Assembly (NCBI RefSeq): GCF_052425735.1 | Contig: NC_135760.1 | Span: 14,322,001-14,386,000 of the forward strand | From: Oculina patagonica | Lineage: Eukaryota | DNA length: 64,000 nucleotides | Direction: 5' to 3' | Shown here: positions 1 to 13,038 of the stretch, piece after piece | Layout of the letters: each line of letters starts with the position of its first letter | How positions within the stretch are numbered: position 1 is the first letter of the stretch | Translations under genes and position numbers: made by a program | Notes under the pieces: model-generated | Told to the model about the DNA's origin: nothing | Databases searched by the model: none | The model's input: only the letters and a program-made list of their open reading frames with translations

Positions 1-57
1 ATTTTTGAGATTTTTTCTTGTTTACTATAAAGGTATTAAAATCGAACTCTATCTTAC

Positions 58-3000
58 CCTGATTTATCAGGAGCTGACTCTGTAACATAAACATTAAAAC
101 GCTTCTTTTGTTCCGTGGCCCTTTTAAGAATTTCCAACACAACTCTGGATCGCGAGTGGGTAAGAATTGTCTGAAAAAACACATATGTAGAGTTGGACAG
201 TTGTTTACTACAATGAACAGAATGAACAGAGAATTTGTCAATATTTCCATTGAAATGTTGTGGTTGCTTTTTACATGCAGTTTTCGAGCCTTATAAGCCT
301 TATTGTTGTTTATTTTTACTTGTCTATGTTTTTCAAGCCACTTGGATTATCAACATATCAACCTAGTAAATGGCCCAGCTCACCACGAGTCTCTCGTAGC
401 TCAATTGGTTAGAGCACCCAACTGGGAGGCTATGGGTTCGATTCCCATGAAGGACTCAGATTTTTTTCTTTGTCCCACGCTCCTGTCATTGTTGAACAAT
501 TCACTTCATTATTATCACTGAACTTAAAATTTACCATCTTTCTTATTTCAGCTATAACTTAACCACCACACAATGTAGCCCAGTGCAACTCTATTTTACC
601 ACTGAAAATAAAAATAAAACACAGGACAAAATAAATTTGTTATGGTCACAGAGTAATATCAAACTTACCGCTCCATCCTTAATAAATGAGTCACAAAGTT
701 TGGCAATTTTCTGTCTGGCTGAGGCAGCTCTCTTAAGATACAACTGGCCTAATCAAAACAAAATAGTTCCAAATAAATGAACTTATCATTTGATGTATTT
801 TTTAGTTCCTTTTTATTGGCCAACTGCTTACAAGTAATAGTCTGCTCATGCAAATTGCATCTGACGGTGATTTTGCTGCAAATAATATTCTGCTTGTTTG
901 AGGAATAAAAAGTATGTTGCGTCTACTTCTAAGAAAAATGGCAACTTGCTTTCCAGAGTTGTCTGAGAGTGATGTTTTATTTCTACTAGACCAAAGACAA
1001 TATAAGTGATGAAATAATAAAACAATTCAACTTGGTTATCGCAAAATATCATGATTTGTCAGTGTTTCGCACATCAATTATTATTATTTGCCTCAGCCTT
1101 TGGCTTGAACAAACAATTGATCAGCTCGCCACTGACAAATCCAGATATTTTGCTCAACCTTATTTATAATTTGTTAAATGGTTGAAAATTTTGTTGGTTG
1201 ATTGAAAATTTTGCTTAACCTCACTTGATAACTCTTAAATGGTTAAAAAATATTGAAAGAGTCAGAAAACATGAGAAAAAGTTTTATTGGTTGCTTAGTA
1301 CCTCTCTCGACCAAAACTCTCTTGCATTCTTGAAAGTCCTAGGAAAGAAATAGTGACTGTCAGAACAATGTATATGACAATAAAAGTTCTTAAAAACAAT
1401 ATTTCCAGAAGGTATGGTTAATTTCATGTCACATGACCATAACAACAAATTGAAGGATACTTATTAGGAGTCTCCAACCAGTAAAAATTAAAAATATTTT
1501 TTGCACAAGGTGATGCTGAAAGATGGTGTTCTACTGTTACACAAAAGAAGGGGGATTCGATAATTATAAAGATGAAAGCATGTTTAAAAGGATATAAACT
1601 GGAAGGATTACAAACATATACAAATGTAACAATTAAAAGACATACCGGGTTGTCCAGAGCAGCAAGAGTTATAAATCTAAGAAACAGTTCACAGCCAGAT
1701 GATATTGAAGTAACTGAGCCTTCTGTTTTGGTTAGCACTTCAATGACTTCTTTCAGATTCTCCCTCAGTTCAGACAATGTTTCAGCTACCAAAAAAAAAA
1801 AATAATTGGAAGTCTGTCTTGATATGATTTTCTTTCAATATATTGATAATTTGTTAAGTTTCTGATGTACTTTGTAGGCAATTGTTTTTTGTCGCAGACT
1901 GTCAGGGTGGATAATTCTGTCCACTGATCAAATAAATCATTATCCAACCAAGTGGATAATACAGTTTGTTTTGTTCACACTTATTCGTCCAATGGATAGT
2001 GGTTTATTATCTGGTGGTTGATAACCACTTTTTTAAAACAACCATGTCCCGGCATTTAAACCCATGATTACATAACTTGCCACCCGACTTTATTCTTATC
2101 TAATATGACCATTAACGCCATTACCAGAAATAAATGGGTGACCCTATTCGGCGGAATGGCGGAATGACGGAACGGCACAGCGGAATGGCGGAATGGCGGA
2201 ATATCCTAAAACGCGGAATGACGGAATATCCTAAAACGCGGAATGACGGAATATTCTAAAACGCGGAATTGTGAAACATTAAAAAAAGAAGCAACAAAAA
2301 CAAACAAACAAAAGGAAAATTATAACTGCTAACTTTCTCAGACAGCGATTAAGGCTAAGAATGTCGCTAAGAATGATTCAGGTACTTTAACTTGTGGATA
2401 TTCGTCGCTGTGACAGAAAAGCCAAATTGTTTACAGCGGCTGCTAGCAGTAGAAAACCAGTAAACAGTAAGTATACCCCATAAACGAAGGGTTCTTTATA
2501 TATCTTCTTAATCCTTCGAAGGATACTCGAGTGATCGAGGGAGGATTTCGTTATTTTACAGAGTTCTCGACCCGCTCGAGACAATGAAACGTATAAAGCC
2601 GAAGTACGCTAACGAAGCCGTTAGAAAGAAAACGAAAGGGCCTGAAATTAACTGAGTTTGTACTGAAAAAATTAAAAAAAGGAAACCCACAACAAGGGTT
2701 TTCCAGATGGTCACCCATCCAAGTACTAACCCCGCCCAACAGGGCTTAACTTTGGCGATCAGACGAGAACCAATGCTTTCCTTGTGGTATCAGTCCCAGA
2801 GGAAGCAAAGACTTACAAGAGTCATGCAAATTAAGAACAGAAATACCTGGTTATAACGGATCTTTTGAATGATGCTTTAACTGGACTTACACAGTTATGA
2901 GCTGATTTACGCGCTCTTTCTGATATCACATGGAAAGCAACGGTTCACATCCGATCGCCAAAGTTAAGCCCTGTTGGGCGGGGTTAGTACTTGGATGGGT

Positions 3001-3960
3001 GACCATCTGGAAAACCCTTGTTGTGGGTTTCTTTTTTTTAATTTCTCAGTACAAACTCAGTTAATTTCAGGCCCTTTCGTTTTCTTTCTAACGGCTTCGT
3101 TAGCGTACTTCGGCTTTATACGTTTCATTGTCTCGAGCGGGTCGAGAACTCTGTAAAATAACGAATTCCTCCCTCGATCACTCGAGTATCCTTCGAAGGA
3201 TTAAGAAGATATAAAAAGGACCCTTCGTTTATGGGGTATACTTACTGTTTACTGGTTTTCTACTGCTAGCAGCCGCTGTAAACAATTTGGCTTTTCTGTC
3301 ACAGTGACGAATATCCACAAGTTAAAGTACCTGAATCATTCTTAGCGACATTCTTAGCCTTAAATCGCTGTCTGAGAAAGTCAGCAGTTATAATTTTCCT
3401 TTTGTTTGTTTGTTTTTGTTGCTGTTGTTGCTTCTTTTTTTAATGTTTAACAATTCCGCGTTTTAGAATATTCCGTCATTCCGCGTTTTAGGATATTCCG
3501 TCATTCCGCGTTTTAGGATATTCCGCCATTCCGCCTTGCCGTTCCATCATTCCGCCATTCCGCCGCATAGGGTCACCCAAATAAATAAAGACAGAAAAAA
3601 GAAACATGGAAATGTTGAGCCATTAAATACACTGGCCTTTCTTCAACTAATTAAATGTGTGCTTGTTATAGTATCTTTAAAGTGCGATCTGCTGGTGATA
3701 AATATCGTTTCTTTCAAAGCAGAAATAAATATACGAAAGCTTACATGCAGTAGGTACTGTAGCTTACCCGAGTTTTGATTCATGAATTCTAGCAGCGTTT
3801 GAATAGCGGCAACAGCCGTCGACATGCCAGGATCGTCCACCATACACTTTTGAAAGAACGTTACAGCCTCTGGGAATAGAAACCGTAGAAAAATTGATTA
3901 ACATTAACGCGTTTAGCTTTAAAAAAGTGAAAATTTTAGCCAGCTACCTTCGTTGTCCAT
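58..3960 (-). CDS. EIF2B1: Translation initiation factor eIF2B subunit alpha (5' part; continues beyond left edge). Exons 3948-3960, 3768-3869, 1646-1785, 1302-1338, 669-748, 58-170
   Basis: Spliced translation [33 protein letters not shown]...[15 protein letters not shown]...[13 protein letters not shown]...[25 protein letters not shown]...[12 protein letters not shown]; all junctions are GT-AG and phase-consistent. Confidence 0.93.
392..545 (+). mobile_element. tRNA-derived SINE-like repeat in EIF2B1 intron
   Basis: A box TAGCTCAATTGGTTAGAGC and B box GGTTCGATTCC with no full cloverleaf; the tail GGACTCAGA..TTTGTCCCACGCTC recurs at ~21985-22060. Confidence 0.6.
2681..2792 (-). pseudogene. 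5S rRNA-derived sequence, left arm of foldback element
   Basis: Minus strand GATACCAC..GGTTCTCGTCTGATCGCCAAAGTTAAGC..GGTTAGTACTTGGATGGGTGACC follows invertebrate 5S rRNA, including box A and box C; followed by a T-run. Confidence 0.75.
2921..3039 (+). pseudogene. 5S rRNA-derived sequence, right arm of foldback element
   Basis: CCGATCGCCAAAGTTAAGCCCTGTTGGGCGGGGTTAGTACTTGGATGGGTGACC followed by a T8 Pol III terminator-like run at 3032-3039. Confidence 0.75.
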
Positions 3961-4996
3961 GTTGTCTCGTTCGCTTTTGGGTAGAGTTCGGTACACAATA
4001 TGCCCCCATACATAACATAGCTACCCGCTTTTGGAGGTATGCCGCTGACAATCTCGCTGGCTCAAGAATTTCCTTGCAACGGGACGGGAGACCCTCGGGA
4101 TCAGGTGCATTTCTTTTGCTTGTGCGCAAAAACTCCAATAGATCTTTTTCGCTTGGGCGTTTTGTTGCCCCATTACAGACCATGTGATGTTACTCTTGAG
4201 AGTTCTTGCTTTCAAATTTTCAAATAGTCGCGTGTATGTGAATGAATAAATTTTATGTGGATAAAAGAAAAATTCTCTAGAGAACATCACGTACGTCTGT
4301 AAATGGGAAAACAAACCGCCCAAGCGAAAAAGGTCTATCGCCGGACAAGGAAATGTTGGACCTCTTTACACGGAATCAGGTATAACAGGTCATTTACGCG
4401 TCACAGGAAACCCTGACAATGAACAAACTTTACATTTTCTATCCAGCGTAGGGAGTTTCACAAGTCGGATGATCAAAATCGGATCAGGTCGGCGCGGCGC
4501 GGCCTGGTGCGAAAATGAACAGTCTAGCTCCCATTTTGCTTTGTCACTTGCTAGCTTGCTTACTAGCTCTCCTTGCTTGTTACCGTCCAGACGTCCGTCC
4601 GTCTGTTTTCTATTTTATCCCGTTTCATTCTTTCATTCCTTCCTTCCTAATTCCTTTCTTCTTTCACGAGTCCTTCCATGTTCCCTTTATTCTCCAATGA
4701 CTCCAATCCTTTCTCAACTGTAATTATTTCCTTCTTTTCTGGATCAAATGATCTAACAGATCAAAGAACATAATTATTATCATTCCTTGTCATGACACAT
4801 CACTAAGGTAATCTTTGTAACTGATATTCTTTTCAAGGTCAGTCAAAGCGCATTTGCATATGTCATACATATTGAGCAGTTGAGTTGTTTACACGAACTC
4901 AAATTGTCACACAAAACTGCTTTCCAACGGCTGCACAAGATCTTACAATCAAGACAATCAAGGTTTTCTGTTGTCGGTCCAAAGGTGTGATCAGAG

Positions 4997-7900
4997 ATGT
5001 CAGCTACGAAGGGAGATTCTTTTGATTCGGGAATGGAGAAATCAAAATCGAAGAAATCGTACGAATTTGACGATATTTTAGAGATGGTTGGTGGATTTGG
5101 TCGGTATACCTTCGCACTGTATGCATTCATGTGTGTCATGTCTCTGCCGATCGGCCTGCAACAACTCGTTCAAGTTTTCTACGGTGCAACACCAAAATAT
5201 TCCTGCGCATCGCCGAGCAACGTCACTTGTTCAAATACTACAAAATGTTGTGACAACTGCGTGAAATACGAGTTCCAACCGGGTCTGACAAGCGCAGTCA
5301 CCGAGGTAATGATAATTTTATAAAACAATTGTCTTTCAATTTCACAATCAGGACAATTAACAATGGGACTATTTTATGCCAAATTTTACTTCTTCTGAAA
5401 GGCTTCGTTTTAGAATTATGTGAAATATAACACTCTATAAAAGCTGTAAACTTGATATACGGCATTTCTAGGATACCAAAAGGAATTATTTTTGCCGACA
5501 CATGGGTACCCAGATTCCCGCACATCTAACTCAATTATATTACAATTTTAAATCAGATTTTAACGGATTTGTACTGCATTGATGAGATTGATTGTTTCAA
5601 ACAGTCAGTTAACTTAATTTACATAGTTCTAAGTGAATTTTGCGATAAGGTTGTTGAACATGCTGAATGTGATCACAAAGAAAACTTTATTTCAGTCAGT
5701 AAGCATCTCAAAGGTTAATCCCGGGGGTTAATTCATTTATTCCATCAAATTAGCTATTTCTTTATAATTCCCTCTTTACCAGAAATTGGTCATCGTCGGC
5801 TTTACACGCATGATAAGCCAAAGATCAAGAAATAAAAAAACGTTTTCCAAATTCAAGTTGACTTTTTAAAAATACTTTCGAAAGTAAATATTAACTTCAA
5901 ACAAAGAATGGCATTCCTCGACCATAAGGAGAGATGAGGGTCGTACAGGGGTATTCTCGTGACGCGTGATTAGCTGACTTTATTTTCCGTGAAACGTGAA
6001 TTTTATAAATTTATTCTTCGTGACCCGTGACCGGAAGGTTTTGCGTGGCACGTGAAGAGCTTGAATTAATAGCCGATATTCGTGATTTCACCGCTTTATT
6101 TTGCTTATTTGAGACGCGGGACTTCAAATGGTTTCAAATGTGACCTCCGTATAATTATCGTAACGTCTCGTAAGGCATCGGGAACTGCCAAGTAGCCGAG
6201 AGCTTCCCTTGCTGATCTTCGCTTATTCTTCTTTGACAGATTTCTGTAGCGTAAGAACAGGATAAAAGAGTACTTATTTTCCTGATTCGGGAAAACGAAA
6301 TTTCAATATCCGTGATTCGTTATCATTTTCGCCCGTGAATCGTGCCAGAGAACCCCCTGCTCGACCCTGTTAGTCTTTGATCACCTCTCTTTATGAGACA
6401 CTGTGTGACTTGGCCATACACGAGCTCCGCCCTTGATAAATCTGGCCCGTTTATGTTAACTAATAATTCCATGACATGCTGGAGTTACGTATCCCGTCCG
6501 CCGGCTCATATCAATTTTCTTTTCTCCCTGTCTGTCTCCCTGGTAATCTTGTTACAGTGGGATTTGATATGCGACAGAAGTCATCTAAAGGCCATTACGC
6601 AATCTGTTTACATGGGAGGCCTGTTGCTAGGATCCATTGTCTTCAGTACCTTGTCCGATCACTTTGGTCGAAAGCTTGGTGTTTTTCTCAGCATATTTAT
6701 CATGGTGAGTACTATTTAGGTTTCTACGCACACCTGTAAGGACAAATCAGAAAGGTTTGAGCGCACAGCCTCATTTTTCCAGGCGTACTCTCACTTTTAC
6801 AGCAATTTTCAAACAAGTGTCGTAAAACCAAAGTACCAAACTAAAGTAATCACTCTGGCCAATAAAAAAGGACGCAGACAATCCAGTGAACCAATCAAAA
6901 CTTGAAGCAAATACATGAGCCCCTATTGATTTTAGTTTTATTTCTGATTGGTCGAGAAAGTGGCGCGGGATTTTTTCAAGTTAAACCAGTTACTAAGCAT
7001 AGTAATGCAAACCAAAGCAAATGCGAATTACTTTCGACTCAAGTGAAACCCATCTAGCACCAACTGAACTGTATTATCCATTATGGTGGGCGCAGTAGCC
7101 TAATGGTTAGTGCGCTGGACTCCGTATCGAGCGGTCCGGGTTAGCGCCCTGGCCGGGGTCACTGTGTTGTGCTCTTGGGCAAGACACCTTACTCTCATAG
7201 TGCCTCTCTTCACCCAGGTGTATAAATGGGTACCGACGAATTTAATGCTGGGGGGTAACCCTACGATGGACTAGCATCCCATCCAGGGGGGGGGGGGTAG
7301 ATACTCCCAGACGCTTTATGCTACAGAAACCGGGATAAGCTCCGACCTGATGGGCAACTAGGCTTTTATGCAGACTTGACCTTACTTCCGTTATGTTATT
7401 TTTCAGGCGGCTGGTGGAACAGTATCCGCTGTGTCGGATTGCCTCTCACTGTTCTCGTTGTTTCGTTTCGTGACGGGTGCGGCCACAGCCGGGTGTCTTC
7501 TCGTTCGATTTGTCTACTGCATGGAGATCATCCACATAAACAGTCGAACTGCAGCAGGAATGGTTAATAACATCTTTGTTAGCATTGGTTTTTCCACACT
7601 GTCTCTATTGGGTTATCTAATTCGTGACTGGAGATATTTAATGTTAGCTGTATCATTACCAGGTTTGCCACTGGTGTTTTGCTGGTGGTAAGTAGATTTT
7701 GTTCTTCTGTTGTACCGTTCGTTGCGTCGTTCATTGCCTCAAAACTGTATACCATTGAATTCGAATTTGAATTGTAGTTTTGGCCTAAAAATGTCCGCTA
7801 ATGGTTATCGTGCAATCTTTACAGTTGAAGTACTAGATGCGAGAAGTGGAAAGTTCTTGTTACGTTCTTAGCGCATCATGCCGACCCAGCTAAGAGGGTC

Positions 7901-10900
7901 TCAATGGGGTGTTGGCTCTTACAGTTGACGGTTAAAATTTTGGCTTTTTTCGGTTAATCGTTATGGAAATAACGATTAACATAAGTTAAAAGTTAATTTT
8001 CATTGTTTTAAAAGGTTAAAAATTTATTTCCATTATTGAAAAACATATTGTAGGTCTCAGGGCCATTCTGGGACGATGTAGTGAACTAGTTTGGTTTATT
8101 TATAATTACTGACCGATTTTTTACGGTTTACATATTTTACGGCTAACGATTAAAATTTTCCAATTTTTACGCCTAACGACTACATTTTTGACCGTTTTCG
8201 GCTAACGGTTAACCCCATTGAGACCCTCTGCTAACGGACCTTCATTACACTCTTTGTGGGCTTGAGTCCACAAAAAGAGCTCAAAGAATCGACCTGACCT
8301 GACGAAATTTCTATTGACATTTTGACAAGAAGTTGGATAAAGTACTTACAGATTAGGGTACTTGTCCGCCATAAAACTGTAACAAATTGGAAGAATATGT
8401 CCTTATTATCGAACATGAAACGAGTTCTTTGGCTTGAAATCATTACGTGTAAATTGTCCTTTGTTTTAACCAGTAGTAGCTCTATAGGCAACCCACCTCA
8501 ATGTTTAATTTTGTCGGATCGAAAGACTAACACCGCTGAAACCGACAGCAGTTTATTTACTTCTTCAAACAAGTAAGTTATGTATTTTTCATTTGCAAGG
8601 TTAATTCCCGAATCTCCTCGCTGGTTGATTGCTAAAGATCGTCTTGACGAGGCTCACGAACTGCTCATGAAATACGCCAAGAGAAACCGTGTTGCTGTCG
8701 AATCCACTCAACTCAAACACGTGATACAGGAGTTCAAAAAGGAAGAGGTTCGAAATCGCAACGAGAACAGGAAAACCTACGGAATTCTGGACATGTTTAG
8801 AACTCCAAAGCTCAGGAAAAGAACTATCATCTGTGGATTTAACTGGTGAGTGGAAATTTTGGAAACAAAAATGATTATTTGGCTGGGTGGCGCTGGCCTC
8901 TGGGAGGCGCGGTGGCCTAGTGGTTATATGTGGTCGTTAATGCTGGTACGTTGCTCACTGGAATGCCCAATTGTGCTCAAAAATTGCCAAAAATGCAAGA
9001 AGTTGCTACTTTAAAAATTCCAAAAAGTTGCTACCTAAATTTCTTAATATTTTTATATAATCTTTAATTAAAATCTTTATTTTTCGTTCTTCACAATAAT
9101 TGCTCAAATCGGTCAAGAAAAATTGCTTGAAACTTAGCTTTAAAGAGGCGCTCGCAAATATGGGCGGAATAAGCCTAACTCAACTAAAAAACGTTGTCAG
9201 GTGGCAGGTTATGTTATCATGAGGTTGACAAACATTAAAGAAATTCGCATAAATTGAAGTTTTCTTTTATATGATCGTTGACTTTTTCGTGCTTTATAGG
9301 TGCTCTAAACCTATATTTTGCTCAAAAATTGCTCAGAAAGACAAAACTCGCTCGAGGTTGTTCGTATCGCAGAACGTTGCTCCAAACGCCAAAAGTTGCT
9401 GAAAAGTTGTCAAGCACATTCGCAACAGGCCTGCAACGGACTCCGGAACAAGCGGTCCGGGTTGAAGCCCTGGCAGGGGCAATTGCCTTGTTTTCCTGGG
9501 TAAGACACTTAATTTTCACACTGCCTATTCCCAAAACGGGTAGTGCTCGTCTGAATTGACAACCTTTTCACTTATCGATTCTATTGTTTGCAGGTTCGTG
9601 AACGCTTTAGTTTACTTTGGAATTAATTTGAACGTTGGAAATCTGGCAGGAGACATGTACCTGAATTTCTTCATCCTATGTATTGTAGAAATTCCAGGAG
9701 CTTTACTTCTCTGGTATTTCCTGTCTAGGTATTCCTTAAATTATCACCTGTTATTCAAGTATTAGTTTGGTAGGAGTGCTATTTTCCACACTTAAATTTC
9801 AAGAAGCTGCGAAAGGTTTTCCGTGGCCGCATTGCCACAAACTATGGTATCTTCAGTTTAAAGCATTGGAACCCGTTCTCAAAGCTAGCCGCAAATAAAA
9901 TAGAACCGTCGTCAAATAAATTAAATAAAATTCACACTTGATAAATTGTTTTGCCTGAGGCAAACAGAAGCTTGGCCAGTTAGCGCCGTTTATCAGGAAT
10001 AAGTACCTTGGGGGTAATAGCCAACTTAAGCAACGCCCCAAAAATGGATTCTGGTATCTTTACGGGTGTTCCTACGAAAACCATTGTCATTTCTATTTGA
10101 AAAACCCCCGGGACCGCTTCAAGTCAGTAAATACGAGAATTCATTAAACTATTGCGCTCTTTTTTAGATTTGGCCGTCGTATTCCGTACGCTACATTCAT
10201 GATCACTGGAGGTGTGGCGGAAATGTTGGTACTTGCTGTCCCTGCTGATAAAGGTCAGTTAGCTGAAAATACTTATTCTTTTCAGATAACACGCAGACGT
10301 TGAACCTAACCATCCCTTAATTTACCTTATTAAAGACCCTCTGTCTACCAGGATGCAACGCGCGCGCGTTTATTTACGTTTTGGTTTAGTCAGAGTTATC
10401 AGTAATGGTCTCCGAGGACTTCCGAGGACGCCATACAGTGGCCATACTCACTTTACATCGTTCAAAGGCTCAACCGCTTGGCTGTACACAATCTTTTAGA
10501 ATTTGAACCAACGACCAAACATCTTTTTTCAAGTAAAGATCGACAACACCACTATCACAAACGCTTACAGTGAAAGAATGGAGGTTTCATAACGTACGAA
10601 ACCTCGGTGAGGTTTCATAACGTACGAAACCTCGGTGCACTCGCGCGGTGCATTATGGTCGACAGAGAGTCTTCAAAATGCTCCGAGCAGACAAGTGAAA
10701 AGAATATTAAAAGAGGTCACTTCATCCTGGAAATGTCGTCTTGATTAAGAACCGAATTATAATGGTAAATCTTTTAATTCGTTTTATTATATGGCTACAA
10801 TAGTACGCGCGCTCTGATTGGCTGCTGAGTGGGCATTATTTTCTTGTAATGACCGGGATTATGAAAAATTTTCTCGGCTCGCGGTTTTTTTTTTTGGAAA

Positions 10901-13038
10901 AAAAGTATGGGCAATTGGAAAAAAAAAAAAAAAAAAAAAAAAAATATTTTTTTTTTAATAAAAAAAAAAAAAATATTTTTTTGGGGGAGAGAGGAACAAG
11001 GAGGAGAGGGGGTTTTTTTTTTTTTTTTTTTTTTTTAGGAAAAAAAATTTTTTCCCTCTCCCCTTTATTGCTGACATGAGGTAAGTTATCGATTAGAATA
11101 AGCAGTCAGTCAGTAACTGACCCTTTTTGTTGCCTCTTAGAGTATCAGGTCATAGTTACGATCCTGGCTGTTATTGGAAAAACTTGCATCCTGGCTACCT
11201 TCCTGGGAATATATATATTCACCGTGGAACTGTACCCTACAATTATCAGGTTAGTAGACTGGAAGTGTAACGATAAGAGAGAACGACAATTACTATAACT
11301 ACGGGGGGTTACCCTTAAGCAGAAGACAGTAAGTAAGTAAGTAAGTAACGTCTTTATTTATAGAGGGTAGCACTTAAAGCTGATTTCCAGTCCGTACTGC
11401 GCAGACTCGGGGTTTGTTTTAGTTTTTGTTTTGAATTCGTTGAAACGTTACACTTCGGTGACAGCATACATGAAGTTTTTTAGTCCGCCATTACAGTTCG
11501 TTTCGTTTAAGAATTTCCGATAAGCTGAAACGTCGGTTTGAAATAGCGTCAAGGTTCTTCTACTCGTTATTATCTGTTCTGCAAGGATATCTGGCGTTAA
11601 TGATGAAGAAAAATGTAAGTTTGTCGCGGAATTTTTAGTTTTGCTTGTAAACATTCGTTCGTGTGAGGCTCACATAAACATTGCAGCCGAGATTGCGCAG
11701 TACGGACTGGAATTCATCTTTAATAGCTATAAAGCTAACAAACTCGTGGCCCTCCTATTTACAAGTATTAAAAAATCTAAGATACACAATAAAAAACCTA
11801 CGATATACAATAAAAAACCTACGATATACAATAATATATAAGAAACGAATTATCAATTAAAAAACTACTTATTAAAAACTAATTAAAAAACAATCTGTAT
11901 TCGGAATAAGATCTTAAATTAAAAAATGGTCAATAAAGTGACTGACTGACCAGAGTTAACTCTGGACTGACTGACTGACTAACTGACTGACTGGCTGACT
12001 GACTGACTGTTNNNNNNNNNNNNNNNNNNNNNNNNNNNNNNNNNNNNNNNNNNNNNNNNNNNNNNNNNNNNNNNNNNNNNNNNNNNNNNNNNNNNNNNNN
12101 NNNNNNNNNNNNNNNNNNNNNNNNNNNNNNNNNNNNNNNNNNNNNNNNNNNNNNNCTAACTGACCGACCTATCGACCGATCAAATGACTGACTGACTGAT
12201 TGACTGACTGATTGACGGACGGACGGACGGGCTGACTCACGATTGCATTTGTTAGTTTAAAGAGGCGTTTTCTGATATCATAATCTTTACGCACGAGCGC
12301 GTACGCGCGTCCGTTTATTCTCCTTACCTCCCCCAGTTACGTTTTGACTTGCTGCACTTTTTTTGATTTAGAAAGTAGCTTTTCCAAAAAACCGCTTTAT
12401 CGAGCTATGATTTGTGTTTAAAAAAAATAGGAAATAAACATCTAATAGTATGACGCATTTTTCGTCACAGGAATACTGGAATCGGAGTATGTTCCATGAT
12501 GGCTCGTTTTGGGAGCATTATAACGCCATACATCGTGTTACTGGTTTGTATCATTAATTATTTCATTGACCAGCAGTCTTGATAATTCATTGACCAGTAG
12601 TCTTGATAATTAATGTTTCTAGTCTAGTACCCAGATCTTCTCTAACTCTGGGTCTCATGGGGAAAACTGGGTGTTATTTCTATCATTTTTTTTCCAATAT
12701 TCCATCTAATATTTTTAAACGACTATTTTTCTTTTTAGGCTGATCTTCCTAACATGAGCAAAACGCTTCCGCTGGTCATATTTGGCATTTTCGGTATTAT
12801 CGCGGGCGTCATGGCCCTCTGGCTCCCAGAGACCCGTTACAGTCCCATGGCCCAGACCGTGGAACAAGCGGAGGCCTGGAAAGAAGACTACAGAATCTAC
12901 TGCTGTCAACGTCACAGTGCCGCAAAGGAAGATGGCAGTATTGGTTTGATGGACAGGCAAGATGGAGACGAGGCTGAGCCAAGCCCAATACATAAAGAGA
13001 GTCCAGATCACGAAGAGAAATTGAACACTGTTGTTTAA
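4997..13038 (+). CDS. SLC22 / organic cation transporter family MFS protein. Exons 4997-5305, 6558-6704, 7407-7687, 8600-8845, 9594-9728, 10168-10253, 11141-11249, 12471-12543, 12739-13038
   Basis: Family motifs FDDILEMVGGFGRY, SAVTEWDLIC, LSDHFGRK, IPESPRWL, FGRR, ELYPTIIR, LPETR; consistent GT-AG phases. Confidence 0.92.
5936..6368. mobile_element. MITE with (G/C)AGGGTC termini
   Basis: GAGGGTCGTACAGGGG ... CCCCTGCTCGACCCTG imperfect TIRs; internal CGTGA repeats. Confidence 0.55.
7085..7390 (+). mobile_element. tRNA-derived CORE-like SINE immediately upstream of SLC22 exon 3
   Basis: tRNA-like head (TAGCCTAATGGTTAG...), CORE-like TGTGCTCTTGGGCAAGACAC; a second copy, split by an insertion, lies at ~8902-8926 plus ~9438-9530. 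Confidence 0.65.
7894..8228. mobile_element. MITE, TIR GAGGGTCTCAATGGGG
   Basis: Perfect 16-bp TIR; flanks AGCTAA / TGCTAA (near 6-bp TSD). Confidence 0.75.
11940..12240. repeat. (GACT)n microsatellite flanking an assembly gap (N 12011-12155)
   Basis: Seen directly. Confidence 0.9.

Larger units (their letters stand above)
2136..3578. mobile_element. Foldback/long-TIR non-autonomous DNA transposon (~655-bp arms, ~130-bp spacer) in EIF2B1 intron 2
   Basis: Termini GGGTGACCCTAT...ATAGGGTCACCC; exact 8-bp TSD AAATAAAT (2128-2135, 3579-3586); arms are near-identical reverse complements with subterminal CGGAAT tandem repeats. Confidence 0.9.

Noticed and set aside
392-450. tRNA gene
   Set aside because: Has A and B boxes but no anticodon arm or acceptor pairing; the tail is shared with another dispersed copy, so it is SINE-like
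2681-3039. Functional 5S rRNA genes
   Set aside because: The 5' and 3' ends diverge so helix I cannot be confidently formed, and they are embedded in a transposon; called 5S-derived instead
2551-3156. Twin ORFs [18 protein letters not shown] on opposite strands
   Set aside because: Chance translations of the 5S-derived inverted arms, with no coding signature
10880-11060. Poly-K/F ORF and similar homopolymer-rich tract at 22130-22280
   Set aside because: Looks like low-quality or unpolished sequence of known repeat types, not biology
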